DNA of 64,000 bases from Octopus vulgaris. Taxonomy: Eukaryota. The stretch is from the NCBI GenBank assembly GCA_951406725.2, contig OX597828.1, forward strand, positions 2,914,001 to 2,978,000, written 5' to 3'. Positions 11,431 to 25,895 of this stretch are shown here, one piece after another. Below the pieces are notes generated by a model that was given only the letters and a program-made list of their open reading frames with translations, was not told where the DNA came from and did not search any database. Position numbers and translations under genes: made by a program. Each line of letters opens with the position of its first letter. Within the stretch, counting starts at the first letter, position 1.

Positions 11431-11905
11431 AGTTTCACATAGCAGCCCCAGCCCATCCAAAGTACCTTGGATCGCAGAACGACCTGCTGTGCTTACCTTG
11501 GATCGTAGGGTGACCTGCTGTGCTTGAGGAGACCTATTGAGTCAAGTACATCAACATCAAAACAAAAATCAAATGGAAATTGTAGTCGTGATGCTTGTGT
11601 CGGTGGCACGTAAAAAGCCCCACCTTCACTGCCTTCCATGCCGGTGGCACGTAAAAAGCACCGACTGATCGTGGCCGTTACCAGCTGTCCCTGGCACCTG
11701 TGCTGGTGGCACATTAAATGCACCCACTACACACATGGAGTGGTTGGCATTATGAAGGGCATCTAGCTGTAGAAACACTGCCAGATCAGACTGGAGCCTG
11801 GTGCTGCTTCCTGGCTTCCCAGACATCTGTCTAATTGTCCAACCTATGCTAGCATGGAAAACAAACATTAATCAATGATGATAATGATGATGATGATGAT
11901 GATGA
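11430..11905 (+). mobile_element. SINE family B (internal GGTGGCACGTAAAAAGC tandem units, (GAT)n tail)
   Basis: Homologous to copies at 34700-35220 and 52490-52940. Confidence 0.8.
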
Positions 11906-11909
11906 TAAC

Positions 11910-12125
<216 letters not shown>

Positions 12126-12127
12126 AT

Positions 12128-12324
12128 GCATAGGAGGGGCTGTTTGGTAAGTAGCTTGCTGATGAACCACATAGTTCCGGGTTCAGTCCCACTGCATGGC
12201 ACCTTGGGCAAGTGTCTCCTACTGTAACCTCGGGACGACCAAAGCTTTGTGAGTGGATTTGGTAGATAGAAACTGAAAGAAGCCTGTTGTATATATGTGT
12301 GTGTATATATATATATATATATAT

Positions 12325-12364
<40 letters not shown>

Positions 12365-12880
12365 CAATTAAGGGTTTAGCAACGAATTGCCTTACCACAC
12401 ACCGAATTTAGAAATAGCAGAAGGAATAGCTATATCTCTTTGACTGCTATTTCTAAATTCGGTGTGTGGTAAGGCAATTCGTTGCTAAACCCTTAATTGC
12501 TTAGTATTACTTAAATTTTCCTCGAATGAAGCTTTTACATGCCGAAATCTACTTGGTGTAATTGATAATTATTCCAAATTAATTAATTTCACCCTTTATT
12601 GTTACTGATATATATATATATATATATATACATATATATATGTGTATGTGTGTGTATGTATGTGTGTGTATATGTTTGTGTGTCTGTGTTTGTTAACCCA
12701 ACATCGCTTGACAACCGATGCTAGTATGTTTACATCCCCGTAAACTAGCGGTTCAGCAAAAGAGACTGATAGAATAAGTACTAGGCTTACAAAGAATAAG
12801 TCCTGGGGAGCTTTGTTCAACTAAAGGCGGTGCTCCAGCATGGCCACAGTCAAATGATTGAAACAAGTAAAAGAGTAAAA
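12128..12880 (+). mobile_element. SINE family A interrupted in its internal (TA)n by a hairpin insertion
   Basis: Head 12128-12290 and tail 12670-12880. Confidence 0.85.
12363..12501. repeat. Perfect 58-bp inverted repeat with 23-nt loop; PLE-end-like insertion extending to about 12607
   Basis: 12363-12420 is the exact reverse complement of 12444-12501; the downstream TTGGTGT..CACCCTTTATTG end resembles termini at 10811-10870 and 15535-15590. Confidence 0.9.
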
Positions 12881-12919
12881 TACATATAGTTTTATATATA
12901 TATATATATATATATATGA

Positions 12920-12965
<46 letters not shown>

Positions 12966-13153
12966 GAGTGTATTTTACCTTGTTAACATTTAACACGGAT
13001 AAATGAATGAATAGTTACCAGGACAGCAAAAATCTCACAAGTAAAGATGTTGTAACTCCTTGTTTATAAAGGTTGAAACTTCGTGTTTACGTTGAATATT
13101 TGAATAATAGGAATAAAAAATGGAGTTAACGCAGGTTTTAACAAATATTTTTT

Positions 13154-13238
13154 CTTTCTACATATGTTTCAAAAATTCCACTGATACTTATTCAAAAGAA
13201 TAAAAGGTATAAACAATGCAATCTTCTCTTCGGGAAAG
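13154..13238 (-). ncRNA. Type I hammerhead ribozyme with extended stem II (U4C core variant)
   Basis: Stem I CUUUC/GAAAG; CCGAAGA; stem II GAAGAUUGCAUUG/CAGUGGAAUUUUU plus distal UUAUUC/GAAUAA hairpin; GAAAC-AUAU-GUA. Confidence 0.8.
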
Positions 13239-13439
13239 GGAAAAAACGAAACTTGTCAATACGACATTTTAGCAAAAAATGATGGATTCGTATAGCGATA
13301 GACAGAACGCTATTAATATTGTTTAAAAAAACGTTATATGATATAACGTCATAAGTAGCTAACAGAAAGAGTAGGGATATTAATAGTGAATGTTAAATAT
13401 AAAGGAAATTAAAGTCTAAACTATATATAATGATAGAGA

Positions 13440-14621
13440 CTACTTATATGCACTAAAAGTATGTTTTTGCCAATGCTTACATCTGTATGCTCGTTCTATA
13501 ACCGTGTTTACTAGAGTATTTTTAGAAAAAATAATGAAAAATAGCTCAGAATTGCAGAGAAGACAGAATTTCTTGCCTTTGTCATATGGTATCGAAATTG
13601 AGAGGATCAACCATTCCAAATGAAATTGTTCATTGTGGTCTTTTAAATTCCAAATCAGTTTGCTGAGACCGGTACTATTCCGTTTATTTCTATCCCTAAA
13701 TGTTGAGTAATGGATAGAAATTCTCTTAGATAACTCTAACGATGTGCTTCCAATGTAAAATTGTACTTTATTACGAGTACTGATTATACACTGGTATATA
13801 GAATTTTTAATCTTAGAGTTACTTGACATAAATTTAATTCTATTGGGATTGACTTCAGATACAATAACCTTGTTATTAATATTTCTAGAGGGTTGGATGG
13901 TAGTAGCTAAATTAATGTTAGTATTAGTAAATGTATTAATATTTAACAGTTTGTTATTATGAGAAGATATAATTTGCAAGAGATTTTTTGTGTTTGAAAA
14001 ACCTATCCTAACTTTATGTGAATTAATTATAGAGTAATATCTAGAATTATTTGGAAAATTCCTAGCAATAGCTTGACGAAACAGCAGTGGGAGATTAGAT
14101 TTAATTTGTCTCCCGTAAGGAATTATTAACCAAATATTTTTACTAGTATTCATAGCGTAATTACTTTTGAAGGTGTTATATTTACTTTTAGATCGGTAAT
14201 AGGGGAATAAATAAGGGTTATCTGCCTTCATTCGCTTTGTATCGGTGCGTAAGTTATGTTTGTTATCAATAATTCTTTTACGACTAGAAATCTTATCTAC
14301 ATTATTGAATTTACAATTAGACTGAGCAGAATCAATGTAGAAAATTTTTTCTGTATAACTTGCTTTGATTAAGGCAGAGTTATAGAATTCAGCGTTATTA
14401 TTGAAAATATCAACATTAGCAGATAATTTAGATAATCTAAATGAAATATTCTTAACTAAATTCTTAGTAATTGCTCCAGGATGATTACTAAATTTGCTAA
14501 TGTACTTAAGATTGGTCAACGGTTTATGATATGGGAAGTAAGAGTCACTGTGTAAATTAAGCGTAATATCTAAAAAGTTGGCCTTCGTCAGATCGTCATC
14601 AAAAACGATTTTTAAGCCCAT
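13440..14621 (-). CDS. PLE polyprotein C-terminal part: RT thumb, Asn-rich linker, GIY-YIG endonuclease (uninterrupted 393 aa, 5'-truncated)
   Basis: GLKI..NFLDITLNL..PYHKP..SNHP; SIYQC..FYIGST..KR..H..F; LSKLIWNLK; CLLC..E; RCKH. Confidence 0.9.
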   Translation of the reverse strand: MGLKIVFDDDLTKANFLDITLNLHSDSYFPYHKPLTNLKYISKFSNHPGAITKNLVKNISFRLSKLSANVDIFNNNAEFYNSALIKASYTEKIFYIDSAQSNCKFNNVDKISSRKRIIDNKHNLRTDTKRMKADNPYLFPYYRSKSKYNTFKSNYAMNTSKNIWLIIPYGRQIKSNLPLLFRQAIARNFPNNSRYYSIINSHKVRIGFSNTKNLLQIISSHNNKLLNINTFTNTNINLATTIQPSRNINNKVIVSEVNPNRIKFMSSNSKIKNSIYQCIISTRNKVQFYIGSTSLELSKRISIHYSTFRDRNKRNSTGLSKLIWNLKDHNEQFHLEWLILSISIPYDKGKKFCLLCNSELFFIIFSKNTLVNTVIERAYRCKHWQKHTFSAYK

Positions 14622-14696
14622 TCTACTGAAAAAATTAACTAAACTGTTCTTAACTTTTTGTATATATAATTAAATATATCTATATATATATATAAT

Positions 14697-16863
<2,167 letters not shown>

Positions 16864-17030
16864 ATTATTTATATAGACATATATAATTATATGATATATA
16901 TATATATATGTCATCAAATATATATAATTATACATATATATATATAATTATATATATAAATATATATATATATGTATGTGTTAATATATATAATTATATG
17001 TATATAAGATTTTATATATATATATAAATA

Positions 17031-17360
17031 ACAAGATGTAGGACAAGATACTGTGATAGCCTGGGCTTCCGAGGCCCACAGCTCTTCAATATCCTCCCGA
17101 AGAACCTAAGAGACCTGCATGGGGTGGATACAGATGTCTTTAAAATGAAACTGGATCTCCCTTCTTGTCAGGTATCCCAGATGAACCAACTTCACGGCAG
17201 GAGGTGCAGATGAGGGCAGCTGCATCGAACTCTCTCATGCACCAAATGGCAGTTGCTAAAAAGCATTCGTGAAGTAAAACCATGTAGCAACACCAAATGG
17301 CGGTGCCCCAGCATGGCCACAGCTCGTGAGCTGAAACTAGAATCAATCAATCAATCAATC
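17031..17360 (+). mobile_element. 3' end of a CR1-like LINE related to 8196-10710
   Basis: RTRYCDSLGFRGPQLFNILPKNLRDLH..FKMKLD; tail GGCGGTGCCCCAGCATGGCCACAGC..CTGAAAC plus (AATC)n. Confidence 0.85.
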
Positions 17361-17489
17361 ATATACATATATATATATAAAATTCTAATAAGTAGGAAGG
17401 TGAACAAATCACACACCCCTTCAGGTTGATGACCCTGCTCGATCAGTAGAAAAGGTGTAGGTAGAAACTTCATAAAAGGTTTTTTTCAT

Positions 17490-17978
17490 AAAAAAAAAAA
17501 GACAAAGACAGGTGGTGTAGACAACAAACAGATGTATTAGTAAAATGCTTGGGAAGTGAAAAGGTCTTTAATGTTTCGAGCCTACGCTCTTCTACAGAAA
17601 GGAACACAGAAAGAAACAAGGAGAGAAAATAAAGAATGTGTAGTGGCTAGCGATCTATCATGGCGAATGCCGGACAGAAAAGTCATACAGGAGAGCTAGG
17701 GAGAAGGGGATATAATAAAGTAGTGGTGATCCCAAAACGAAGGTGTGAGTGTGTGTGTGTGTATAAGAGAGTTTGTATATGCGAGTGGAAGAGGGCTGGT
17801 GATCTTGATGTGTGCATGTGTAGGTGTGAAAATGTGGGTCTGGGAAGTTGTCAGTGCTGGTGTGTGTGTGGTGGTGTGTTGTGTGGTGTGGTATGGTGGT
17901 GTATGGTGTAGTGGTGTGTAGTGTGGTGTAATGGTGTTGGGAAGTAAGGGAGGCGAGAGTGGGGAAAGCAAGGGTACA
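17490..17978 (-). mobile_element. PLE pseudo-LTR fragment with a variant minimal hammerhead (17566-17601)
   Basis: CTTT-CTGTAGA-A-GAGC-GTAG-GCTC-GAAAC-ATT-AAAG; homologous to 63261-63392. Confidence 0.65.
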
Positions 17979-18012
17979 TTATATATATATATATATATAC
18001 ATGCATATATAC

Positions 18013-18044
<32 letters not shown>

Positions 18045-18078
18045 ATACATACATATATATATATACATACATACATAT

Positions 18079-18124
<46 letters not shown>

Positions 18125-18129
<5 letters not shown>

Positions 18130-18450
18130 TCAGTGGTTAGAGCGTCGAGCTTACGATCGTGAGGTTGTGAGCTCGAATCCCGGACCAGGCTGCGTGTTGT
18201 GTTCTCGAGCAAGGCACTTTATTTCACGTTGCTCCAGTTCACTCAGCTGTAGAAATGAGTTGCGACGTCACTGGTGGCAAGCTGTATCGACCTTTGTCTT
18301 TCCCTTGGATAACACTGGTGGCGTGGAGAGGGGAGGCCGGTATGCATGGGCGACTGCTGGCCTTCCATAAACAATCTTGCCCGGACTTGTATCTAGGAAG
18401 GTAACTTTCTAGGTGCAATCCCATGGTCATTCATGACCGAAGGGGGTCTT

Positions 18451-18452
<2 letters not shown>
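18125..18452 (+). mobile_element. tRNA-derived SINE family D
   Basis: A-box TGGCTCAGTGG, B-box-like GAGCTCGAATCC, GAGCAAGGCACTT; second copy at 50025-50345. Confidence 0.85.
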
Positions 18453-18522
<70 letters not shown>

Positions 18523-18557
18523 CATACATACATACATATATACATACATATATATAT

Positions 18558-18624
<67 letters not shown>

Positions 18625-19136
18625 TATAATTATATATAGATATGTGTGTGTTTGTATATGTATATATGCACACTCATACAAACACACATACACTTTCATA
18701 CATACACAGATTCACACATACCTCCAGTTTTCATCCTCATTAACTATCCAAGTAGTTTATAAACTAAACAATTCGGAAAGAAAACAAAATGAGAAGAAAG
18801 ATACCAGATTCTACTTTGCAAGTTTTAAATGATAAAAACAATTGTACTATTAATAAGAAAACAGTCTATGCAACAGGTTAGCTGTGCGACATATCACTGC
18901 AGTAGAACTGAATATTTCAAGTGGTCAGTTTACTGCATTGCTACAGTAAGCTAACCAGATGATTTAGTCAGTTTGTATTTGCTAATATCTTCTCTAAGTG
19001 ACTGGGTTGGATCAATCGATTTGCAATTTATATATCTGATAAACCATGTTCATGCTACAGCAACCTGTATGTGCATGTGTATACATATATATATATAATA
19101 TGTGTGTGCATGTCTGTATATATATATATGTGTGTG

Positions 19137-19182
<46 letters not shown>

Positions 19183-19199
19183 CACACATATACTGTACA

Positions 19200-19612
19200 T
19201 ACTCTTTTACTCTTTACTCTTTTACTTGTTTCAGTCATTTGACTGCGGCCATGCTGGAGCATCGCCTTTAGTCAAGCAAATCGACCCCGGGACTTATTCT
19301 TTGTAAGCCCAGTACTTATTTTATCGGTCTCTTTGCCGAACCACTAAGTGACGGGGACGTAAACACACCAGCATCGGCTTGTCAAGCAATGCTAGGGGGA
19401 CAAACACAGACACACAAACATATACACACACACTTATATATATATATACATATATACGACAGGCTTCTTTCAGTTTCCGTCTACCAAATCCACTCACAAG
19501 GCATTGGTCGGCCCGGGACTATAGCAGAAGACACTTGCCCAAGATGCCACGCAGTGGGACTGAACCCGGAACCATGTGGTTGGTTAGCAAGCTACACAGC
19601 CACTCCTGCGCC

Positions 19613-19613
<1 letters not shown>
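19200..19613 (-). mobile_element. SINE family A, well-preserved copy
   Basis: CpG-rich full-length copy with (TAAAAGAG)n tail. Confidence 0.9.
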
Positions 19614-19658
<45 letters not shown>

Positions 19659-19663
19659 GTATA

Positions 19664-19917
19664 TATAGCCCCAAGAGATCTTCGTCTCAAGCTGGCTTTA
19701 GACACAATATCTGTGCCCTTGGAGTATTTGCAAAGGCGCCTTCTCTTTCATCGCTGCCTGGTGGTTACCGCCCGTTGATGAGGGACAACAATCCTGAAAC
19801 TAGTTCGAGCGTATCACTCAGGCTTGCGAGGAAGGGATGGCCTCCCTTTGCAAATACTCCAAGGACACAGATATTGTGTCTAAAGCCAGCTAGAGACGAA
19901 GATCTCTTGGGGCTATA
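19664..19917. repeat. 73-bp inverted repeat (19664-19736 and 19845-19917) enclosing a hammerhead; insertion extends to about 20028
   Basis: Two mismatches between the arms; (TA)n on both sides. Confidence 0.9.
19769..19811 (+). ncRNA. Minimal type I hammerhead (C3U variant)
   Basis: Stem I CGCCCG/CGAGCG; UUGAUGA; stem II GGGA/UCCU; GAAAC-UA-GUU with palindrome AACUAGUU. Confidence 0.7.
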
Positions 19918-20027
19918 AAGCTACAGTAACACCCCATCCCCAATGTGGTTAGCCATGATAAGATGGCTTCTTTACTTTACATTATCGAGCGATTACTGTT
20001 TCAATCTCATTCTGAGATTTAATTATG

Positions 20028-20061
<34 letters not shown>

Positions 20062-22296
20062 CCACTCCTACATATATATATATATGCCACTCCTACATAT
20101 ATATATATATATATATATAGTGTGTGTGTGTGTGTATTTACATATTGTTTTTTCTTGTTTATGGACGGTTGCTATTATCTTTCTCTTATAAAACTTTAAA
20201 GAATTATTAGTATATGCTTCCCCAACCCCACCTTATCCCTATATATATAGTTTAGGGAGCTGTATAAACTGCCTACAAGCCTAGAGTTTTGTGCAAAATT
20301 TTAAGGTCCTTCAGTGACTATGTAATTTTCTTTATGCACTTGATGTTTTTCCTGGCTAACACAAGGTGGGTTTTTTTTTTTTGGTAAGGGAAATATATAG
20401 AATGTCGAGTTAATTGTAACATATTACAAGCACTCCTATTATTCACTCAGAGTGGAATTCACAATGCTGTATATAACAGCTATGTGAAACTAGTATTCAC
20501 TGTTGTCAGTTCCTAACATATTTGATGAATTTTCTCTTTGTCTTTTTGTATATGCTGAGCTGAAATAATCTGATGGGCCTAAAAAAGAGCCCTCTTTTCA
20601 CAAAATAATGCACTTGAGTAAATCTTTTCCTGAATTACTTCATAAAGGTTGAATTCTGTATGAATCCTTCATCAGTTTAATGTGCTAAAGTACATTAACT
20701 GTACAGATAAACATAGTTCTGTAGAAATTAATCTTCATAAACCAAATTCTAAAGAAATATTAAGCACACATACTTTGATACACATTATTTTAGTCTGCAC
20801 TCAAACTTATGCATGCACACACACACACACACACACATACACGTGCGCGTGTGCGTATATACAAATACATAAACTCCAGAACAGTAATGTAATATCAACT
20901 TATATATCAAAGACAAACATGATTTCCATCACAGCAAAGCAATCTTATTATGCAACCCACATAAACACACACACACACACACATGCACACACACACACAC
21001 AGAGATACACACACACACACACAGATACACACACGCATGCACACACACAGATTCCTTTGTAGTGGAGTCAAATCATTTTACTTTGAATTAATTCTGTTAT
21101 AAACACACACACAAACAAACACACACATGCACATGCATACACACAATTTCCTTTGCTGTGAAGGAATCTGACTACACAACATACACATGCATAATTATAT
21201 ACACATACACATCTCACTTACATATACACATAGAACTTTCCTCGTTATCCAGTTCTACATACACACATAGGAAAGAAGCAGTCATTCTGTCCCTCTCTCT
21301 CTCTCTCTTTTCATCTGCCACACAGACAGACTAACCTTCACCATGACAGGGTTGCAATCCTATTAACCTTCATACATACAAGGAAAGCAAGCATGATTCC
21401 AAACATGCACGGCAAAGAAAACAAACTTATTGCATTCATACAAAAGAAGAAACCATACTCTAGGAAGCAAAACCTCAGTCTCATTTCAACTCTTACTCCC
21501 TGCAAAATCTATTCCCATATACTTCTGCTATGACATAAATGCCACTTGTTCCCCAAATCTCTAAATGTTTTACTGTACGTGCATATAATTTAATAATGAT
21601 TACATTACATTATGAAAAGACAAGGCATTCAGAGTCTTACTCAGAGGCTAAAAATCAATTTTGAGTTCAAATCCCTCTAGAGTTGACCCTTTGACTTACT
21701 ACCCAATAAAAATAACAATAATATAAATAACAAACAGCTTATCTCATTGTTATTTATTTCATAGACCCTAAAAGATAATGATCTAAATTTTTTTTAAAAA
21801 ACGGATGTAGCTAACACAAGGCATTAAATATAATACCAAACAACAACAACAATGGCAACTATGAGTAATATATTCTTTAAAACAAACTGCATTTAAATAT
21901 TGTCATTTGTGTTGTTACTGGAGATGATGACTGATATTTAACAAACCTTGATCCTGGCTATTGTCACCATCAGACTTTTACTGCTCTCAGATTCAGTTAA
22001 ATATCACAGAACTAATAATAGCAGTTAGATGACTTGCCATAGAAACAGATCTCAGGAATTATGCATTAGACAAGAGGTCAAATACAGAGAAATGTCATTA
22101 AAAAAAAAAAAAATGAACAATATATAAATCAGCTTTGTAAGTTAACCAAGTTAACTATTATTAACCAAATATTTTATGACTCTTTAATTCTTACCAGTTT
22201 CTCCATCATTCAGCAATGTGTGTGTATGTATGCAAGTTCTTTACTTTGTACCTTGTTTCAACTATCACAGCCAAGGCCATGCCAAAATGCTGTTAT

Positions 22297-22359
<63 letters not shown>

Positions 22360-22723
22360 TGTATGAATAAAGAAAGAACACAAATAGGTATAAAGTTCAC
22401 TACAGCTGTTTCAGACGCGTTTTCTACTGATGAATAAACTGGTTATATCAAGAAAAAAAATGTTTCCTTCAGGTAAATAAAAAATGTAACATTTTTAAAT
22501 TTGGAACATATACCTGTATATATTTATATGGGTGTGTATTTATGTTCACATGCATCTATATATAAGTGTTGAGACATGTCTGTTTATGCATTGGTACATG
22601 TGTGTGTCTGTATACAGTATATACACAACAGTGCTAATTTCAACCCTAAATAAGTATCCTTGTTTTTAAAATACCTTGAATCAAATGAATCCTACAAACT
22701 ATATATATATACATATATATATA

Positions 22724-22842
22724 TACATTGAGTGTACTTTTTTTCGGATTTATGGATTTATGACAACTGATTATATATAAATATATAAATATATAATCAG
22801 TTGTCATAAATCCATAAATCCTAAAAAAGTACACTCAATGTA
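22724..22842. repeat. Near-perfect inverted repeat of about 55 bp around a TA-rich loop
   Basis: TACATTGAGTGTACTTTTTTT..GACAACTGATTATATA pairs with TATATAATCAGTTGTC..AAAAAAGTACACTCAATGTA. Confidence 0.9.
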
Positions 22843-23089
22843 AGTAATAGATCAATTATATTTGTATGTACTGTTGGGCAATAGATTATTGGGTGTAGTA
22901 TATAACTGGTTAGAATGCTACTGTTGGTTTCACGTCAACTATTTCACCTCGGCGTATAAGCTATGAATAAGTGTTGCTTGACTGACTCAGCAAAATAGAT
23001 GATTAATCTGCTGAGTATCATGATTCTCTTTATGGCACAATGCAAATGTAATAGTTTCATAGTTTAAGACAAACCAGGGTAGAGGCAAA

Positions 23090-23580
23090 ACAAGGTTCAC
23101 CCAATTCAGTATAATAACTTTCATCTATATCAGAAATACCTGTTAAATAGGACATTTATTTTCACTAAAAGGTTTACTGAAATTAGTGATGGGGATATAG
23201 AAGCAATAATGCATGCCAGAGAAACCCTGCTATTAGATAAAGGTCAGCTTGGGTGCGACAAACAGACCCAGAAGGCTCCTTAGACATGGAAATGAGAGCA
23301 TTTGATAGTAAAGATATGTGCAAACAAATAGGCCTCTTTATACTAGACACCGCAGGTAGGAAATTATCTTCAACCCACTTTGGCCTTTATATAGACAATG
23401 CTTTAGTCATCTCTAGATGTAAGAATAGACAAACTCTGGATGGGCAGAATGAAGACCTGATCCATACTTTTAGCTCCCTAGGATTCAAGGTTATTACGGA
23501 AATCAAATCTAACCTAGAATAACGCTCAATTTAGGTACAGGTTCATAGATGCCTACCACAAACCAAATGAAAAGCTTTCA
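23090..23580 (+). pseudogene. PLE reverse transcriptase core relic (Hydra-clade-like)
   Basis: IMHARETLL..GSLDMEMRAFDSKDMCKQIGLFIL..GLYIDNAL..FSSLGFKV resembles the PLE motifs [30 protein letters not shown]..GLKI. Confidence 0.75.
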
Positions 23581-23582
23581 TT

Positions 23583-23945
23583 TGGTCATGCTGGGGCACC
23601 ACCTCAAAGAGTTTAGTCTAACAATTTGACCCCTGTATTCTGCAACCCCTTTCTTTTTAAAGCCTGAGTCTTAGTCTATCATTTTTGCCAAACCAGTAAA
23701 TCATGAAGATGAAAACAAACTAACACCGGTTGTCAAGTGGTAGTTGGAGATGAATACAAAGACACACACACACACACACACAGAAATATACATATATATA
23801 CGATGGCTTTCTTTCAGTCTCTGTCTACCAAATCCACCGACAAGGCTTCGGTTTGCCCAGGACTATCATAGAAGACACTTGCTCAGGCCTGATCCCAGAA
23901 CCATGTGGTTGAGAACAAGCATCTTACCACTCAGCTGTACCTGTA
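23583..23945 (-). mobile_element. SINE family A, diverged
   Basis: Family motifs. Confidence 0.75.
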
Positions 23946-23949
23946 TGTT

Positions 23950-24610
23950 CATGTATGAGAAAGCAGCCCTTGCATGTGGCAGATGCATAGGGGCAATAAA
24001 CACACAGGAAACAGATTCTCATAAATGCTTGGAAATATTCCTAAAAATAGTTGATAGTTTCTGTTTTCAAGGTGATCAAATTAGTAGTAGAGGAGGATCT
24101 TCTGATGGTGCAGAAGCTAGAGCAAAAACAGCAAGAATAAGAATAGTTCTGGGAGCTGTTAATTCTGTAGGGAATGTAAGGTTTCTATCTCAGAGTGTAG
24201 GTGAAAGCAAACTATATGATGCTTTTATATAAACTACAATGGTAATTGTTGGCACTGAGTGTAGATGATCTGAAAAAACTAAAAAGGAATGAAGCGAACC
24301 TGCTTTGCTGGTTGTGCATGAATGATGGAGAACAGATGTGTTGAGAGAAAAACTGAGCATAAGAGGAATCAGAGGTAGTTTGCAAGAGAGAAGATTGCAT
24401 GTGATGTGTGTGGATGAGGATAACTGTATAAAGAAATGTCATCTGCTTACACTTGTTGGAATTTGTGGAAGGAGTCCCACAAAGACTCATGATGAAGTAG
24501 GAAGACTGATCTTAGGTTTGAGCCTTAGAGAGATGACAAAGGATCAATAGAGGCATGCAGTACTCTAGAAGATTCCATACCTATGAAAGCATGATGAAAC
24601 TGATGTTAAA
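23950..24610 (+). mobile_element. RTE-clade LINE 3' relic
   Basis: CGRCIG..VDSFC..GD.ISS.GG; LREKLSIRGI..QERRL; homologous to 53030-55105. Confidence 0.75.
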
Positions 24611-25664
24611 ATGAAACTAACTCTACAGAAGAACTACCTCATGGAAGTGGGCACATAGTATATTTGCTAGAGGTTTGAAGCTAGCTAAACTGAAGAGGTA
24701 ATAGATGGAGATGGGGTCTGGAATCATAATGTGTATTCACATATCTGGGTCCTCTGCCAAATATGTCAATCAAATCCACATCTGTAACCTTCTCTCTTAT
24801 CCAACAACCACTCGTTAGTCAATCACTCTTCTATCTACCGATGCAATTAATGATAGCACAAATCATTACTAAATATATCACCCCCCTTTCTTTTCAGCTC
24901 GTCATCACTCCTGAGTCACTTCCTCCAAACATCCATTCTTTGTTTTAACGATTACCCCTCACATTGCTCAGCATTGATTACCTTCACCCCCAATCTATCT
25001 ATGACCATCCCTATTTCTATCCATCAATCACTTCTTTTCCACTTCCTATCCTTCTGATATTATGTTCACTCTTATTTACTCACTTAGTACTTGGACATGT
25101 TACTTTGAGGTTAAGCTCTGGCTCTTCAGCTCCATTATCTTTGTCTCTCTTGAGCACCAATCCATCTTCCCCCACTTACTCATATAACACAGAGGGTGTC
25201 TTAAATTTCCCACCCAAACTACCCGATTTTCCTCCCCAACCCACCCCATTTTCCTCCTTAACATGCTCTGACTCACTTTCTTTCCTGTCTACTACACCTT
25301 TCCTCCACAATATTAGTTTCTCCTCTAACATCTTTTGCCAAAAATAAACCTGCTCTTCCCATCACACTTTGACCTCGCCACATCCTGCCTAAAATCATCA
25401 CCCTTTCTCCTAATTCTTCCTCTCTAACATGGGTATTCTTTAGTTTATCGAATTACAAAGTGATCTCACCAGTGTTGGTGCCTCAAAGAGAGCGCCTAGT
25501 ACACTCAATAAAGTGGTTGACATTAGGAAGAACTCCCAACCATAGAAGCCATGCCAAAATTGAGACACTGGAACAAGATGGCATCTTTCAACTTGATGGA
25601 TTCTGTTGAACTGTCATCCACCCCTTGCCGGATTGGAAAGTGGACTTAAAATAACAAGATCCTA

Positions 25665-25895
25665 AAACAAGGTGCCACATAAAAAGCATTGGTGTGGGTG
25701 CTGGTTCCACATAAAAAAGCACCCAGTACACTCTGTAAAGTGGTTGGAATTAGGAAGGGCAACAGGCTGTAGAAAACAAGCGAAAACAGACAATGGATCT
25801 AGGTCCGACACCTGGCGCCTTGCCAGTTTCTGTCAACCCATGCCAGTATGGAAAATGGATGTTAAATGTTGACAGTGATGATGATGATGATGATG
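25665..25895 (+). mobile_element. SINE family B 3' part
   Basis: TAAAAAGCACCC..GTGGTTGG..TTAGGAAGGGCA; (GAT)n tail. Confidence 0.7.

Larger units (their letters stand above)
12960..14660 (-). mobile_element. 5'-truncated Penelope-like element (Hydra-clade-like) inserted in (TA)n
   Basis: RT thumb to GIY-YIG ORF followed by a 3' region with a hammerhead; (TA)n on both sides. Confidence 0.9.

Noticed and set aside
13440-14621. Possible selenocysteine recoding as in Naiad PLEs
   Set aside because: The endonuclease is C-terminal, there are no in-frame TGA codons and no SECIS was identified.
18125-18195. tRNA-like sequences here and at 179, 8034-8107 and 36060-36131
   Set aside because: No clean cloverleaf or acceptor stem and each continues into a repeat body; SINE heads, not tRNA genes.
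20630-20680. CTGATGA on the minus strand with a nearby hairpin
   Set aside because: No correctly placed GAAA, stem III or stem I.
24690-25430. Pyrimidine-rich tract with 127-aa ORF (purine-rich counterpart at 36200-36900)
   Set aside because: Low-complexity decayed sequence; the ORF reflects composition bias.
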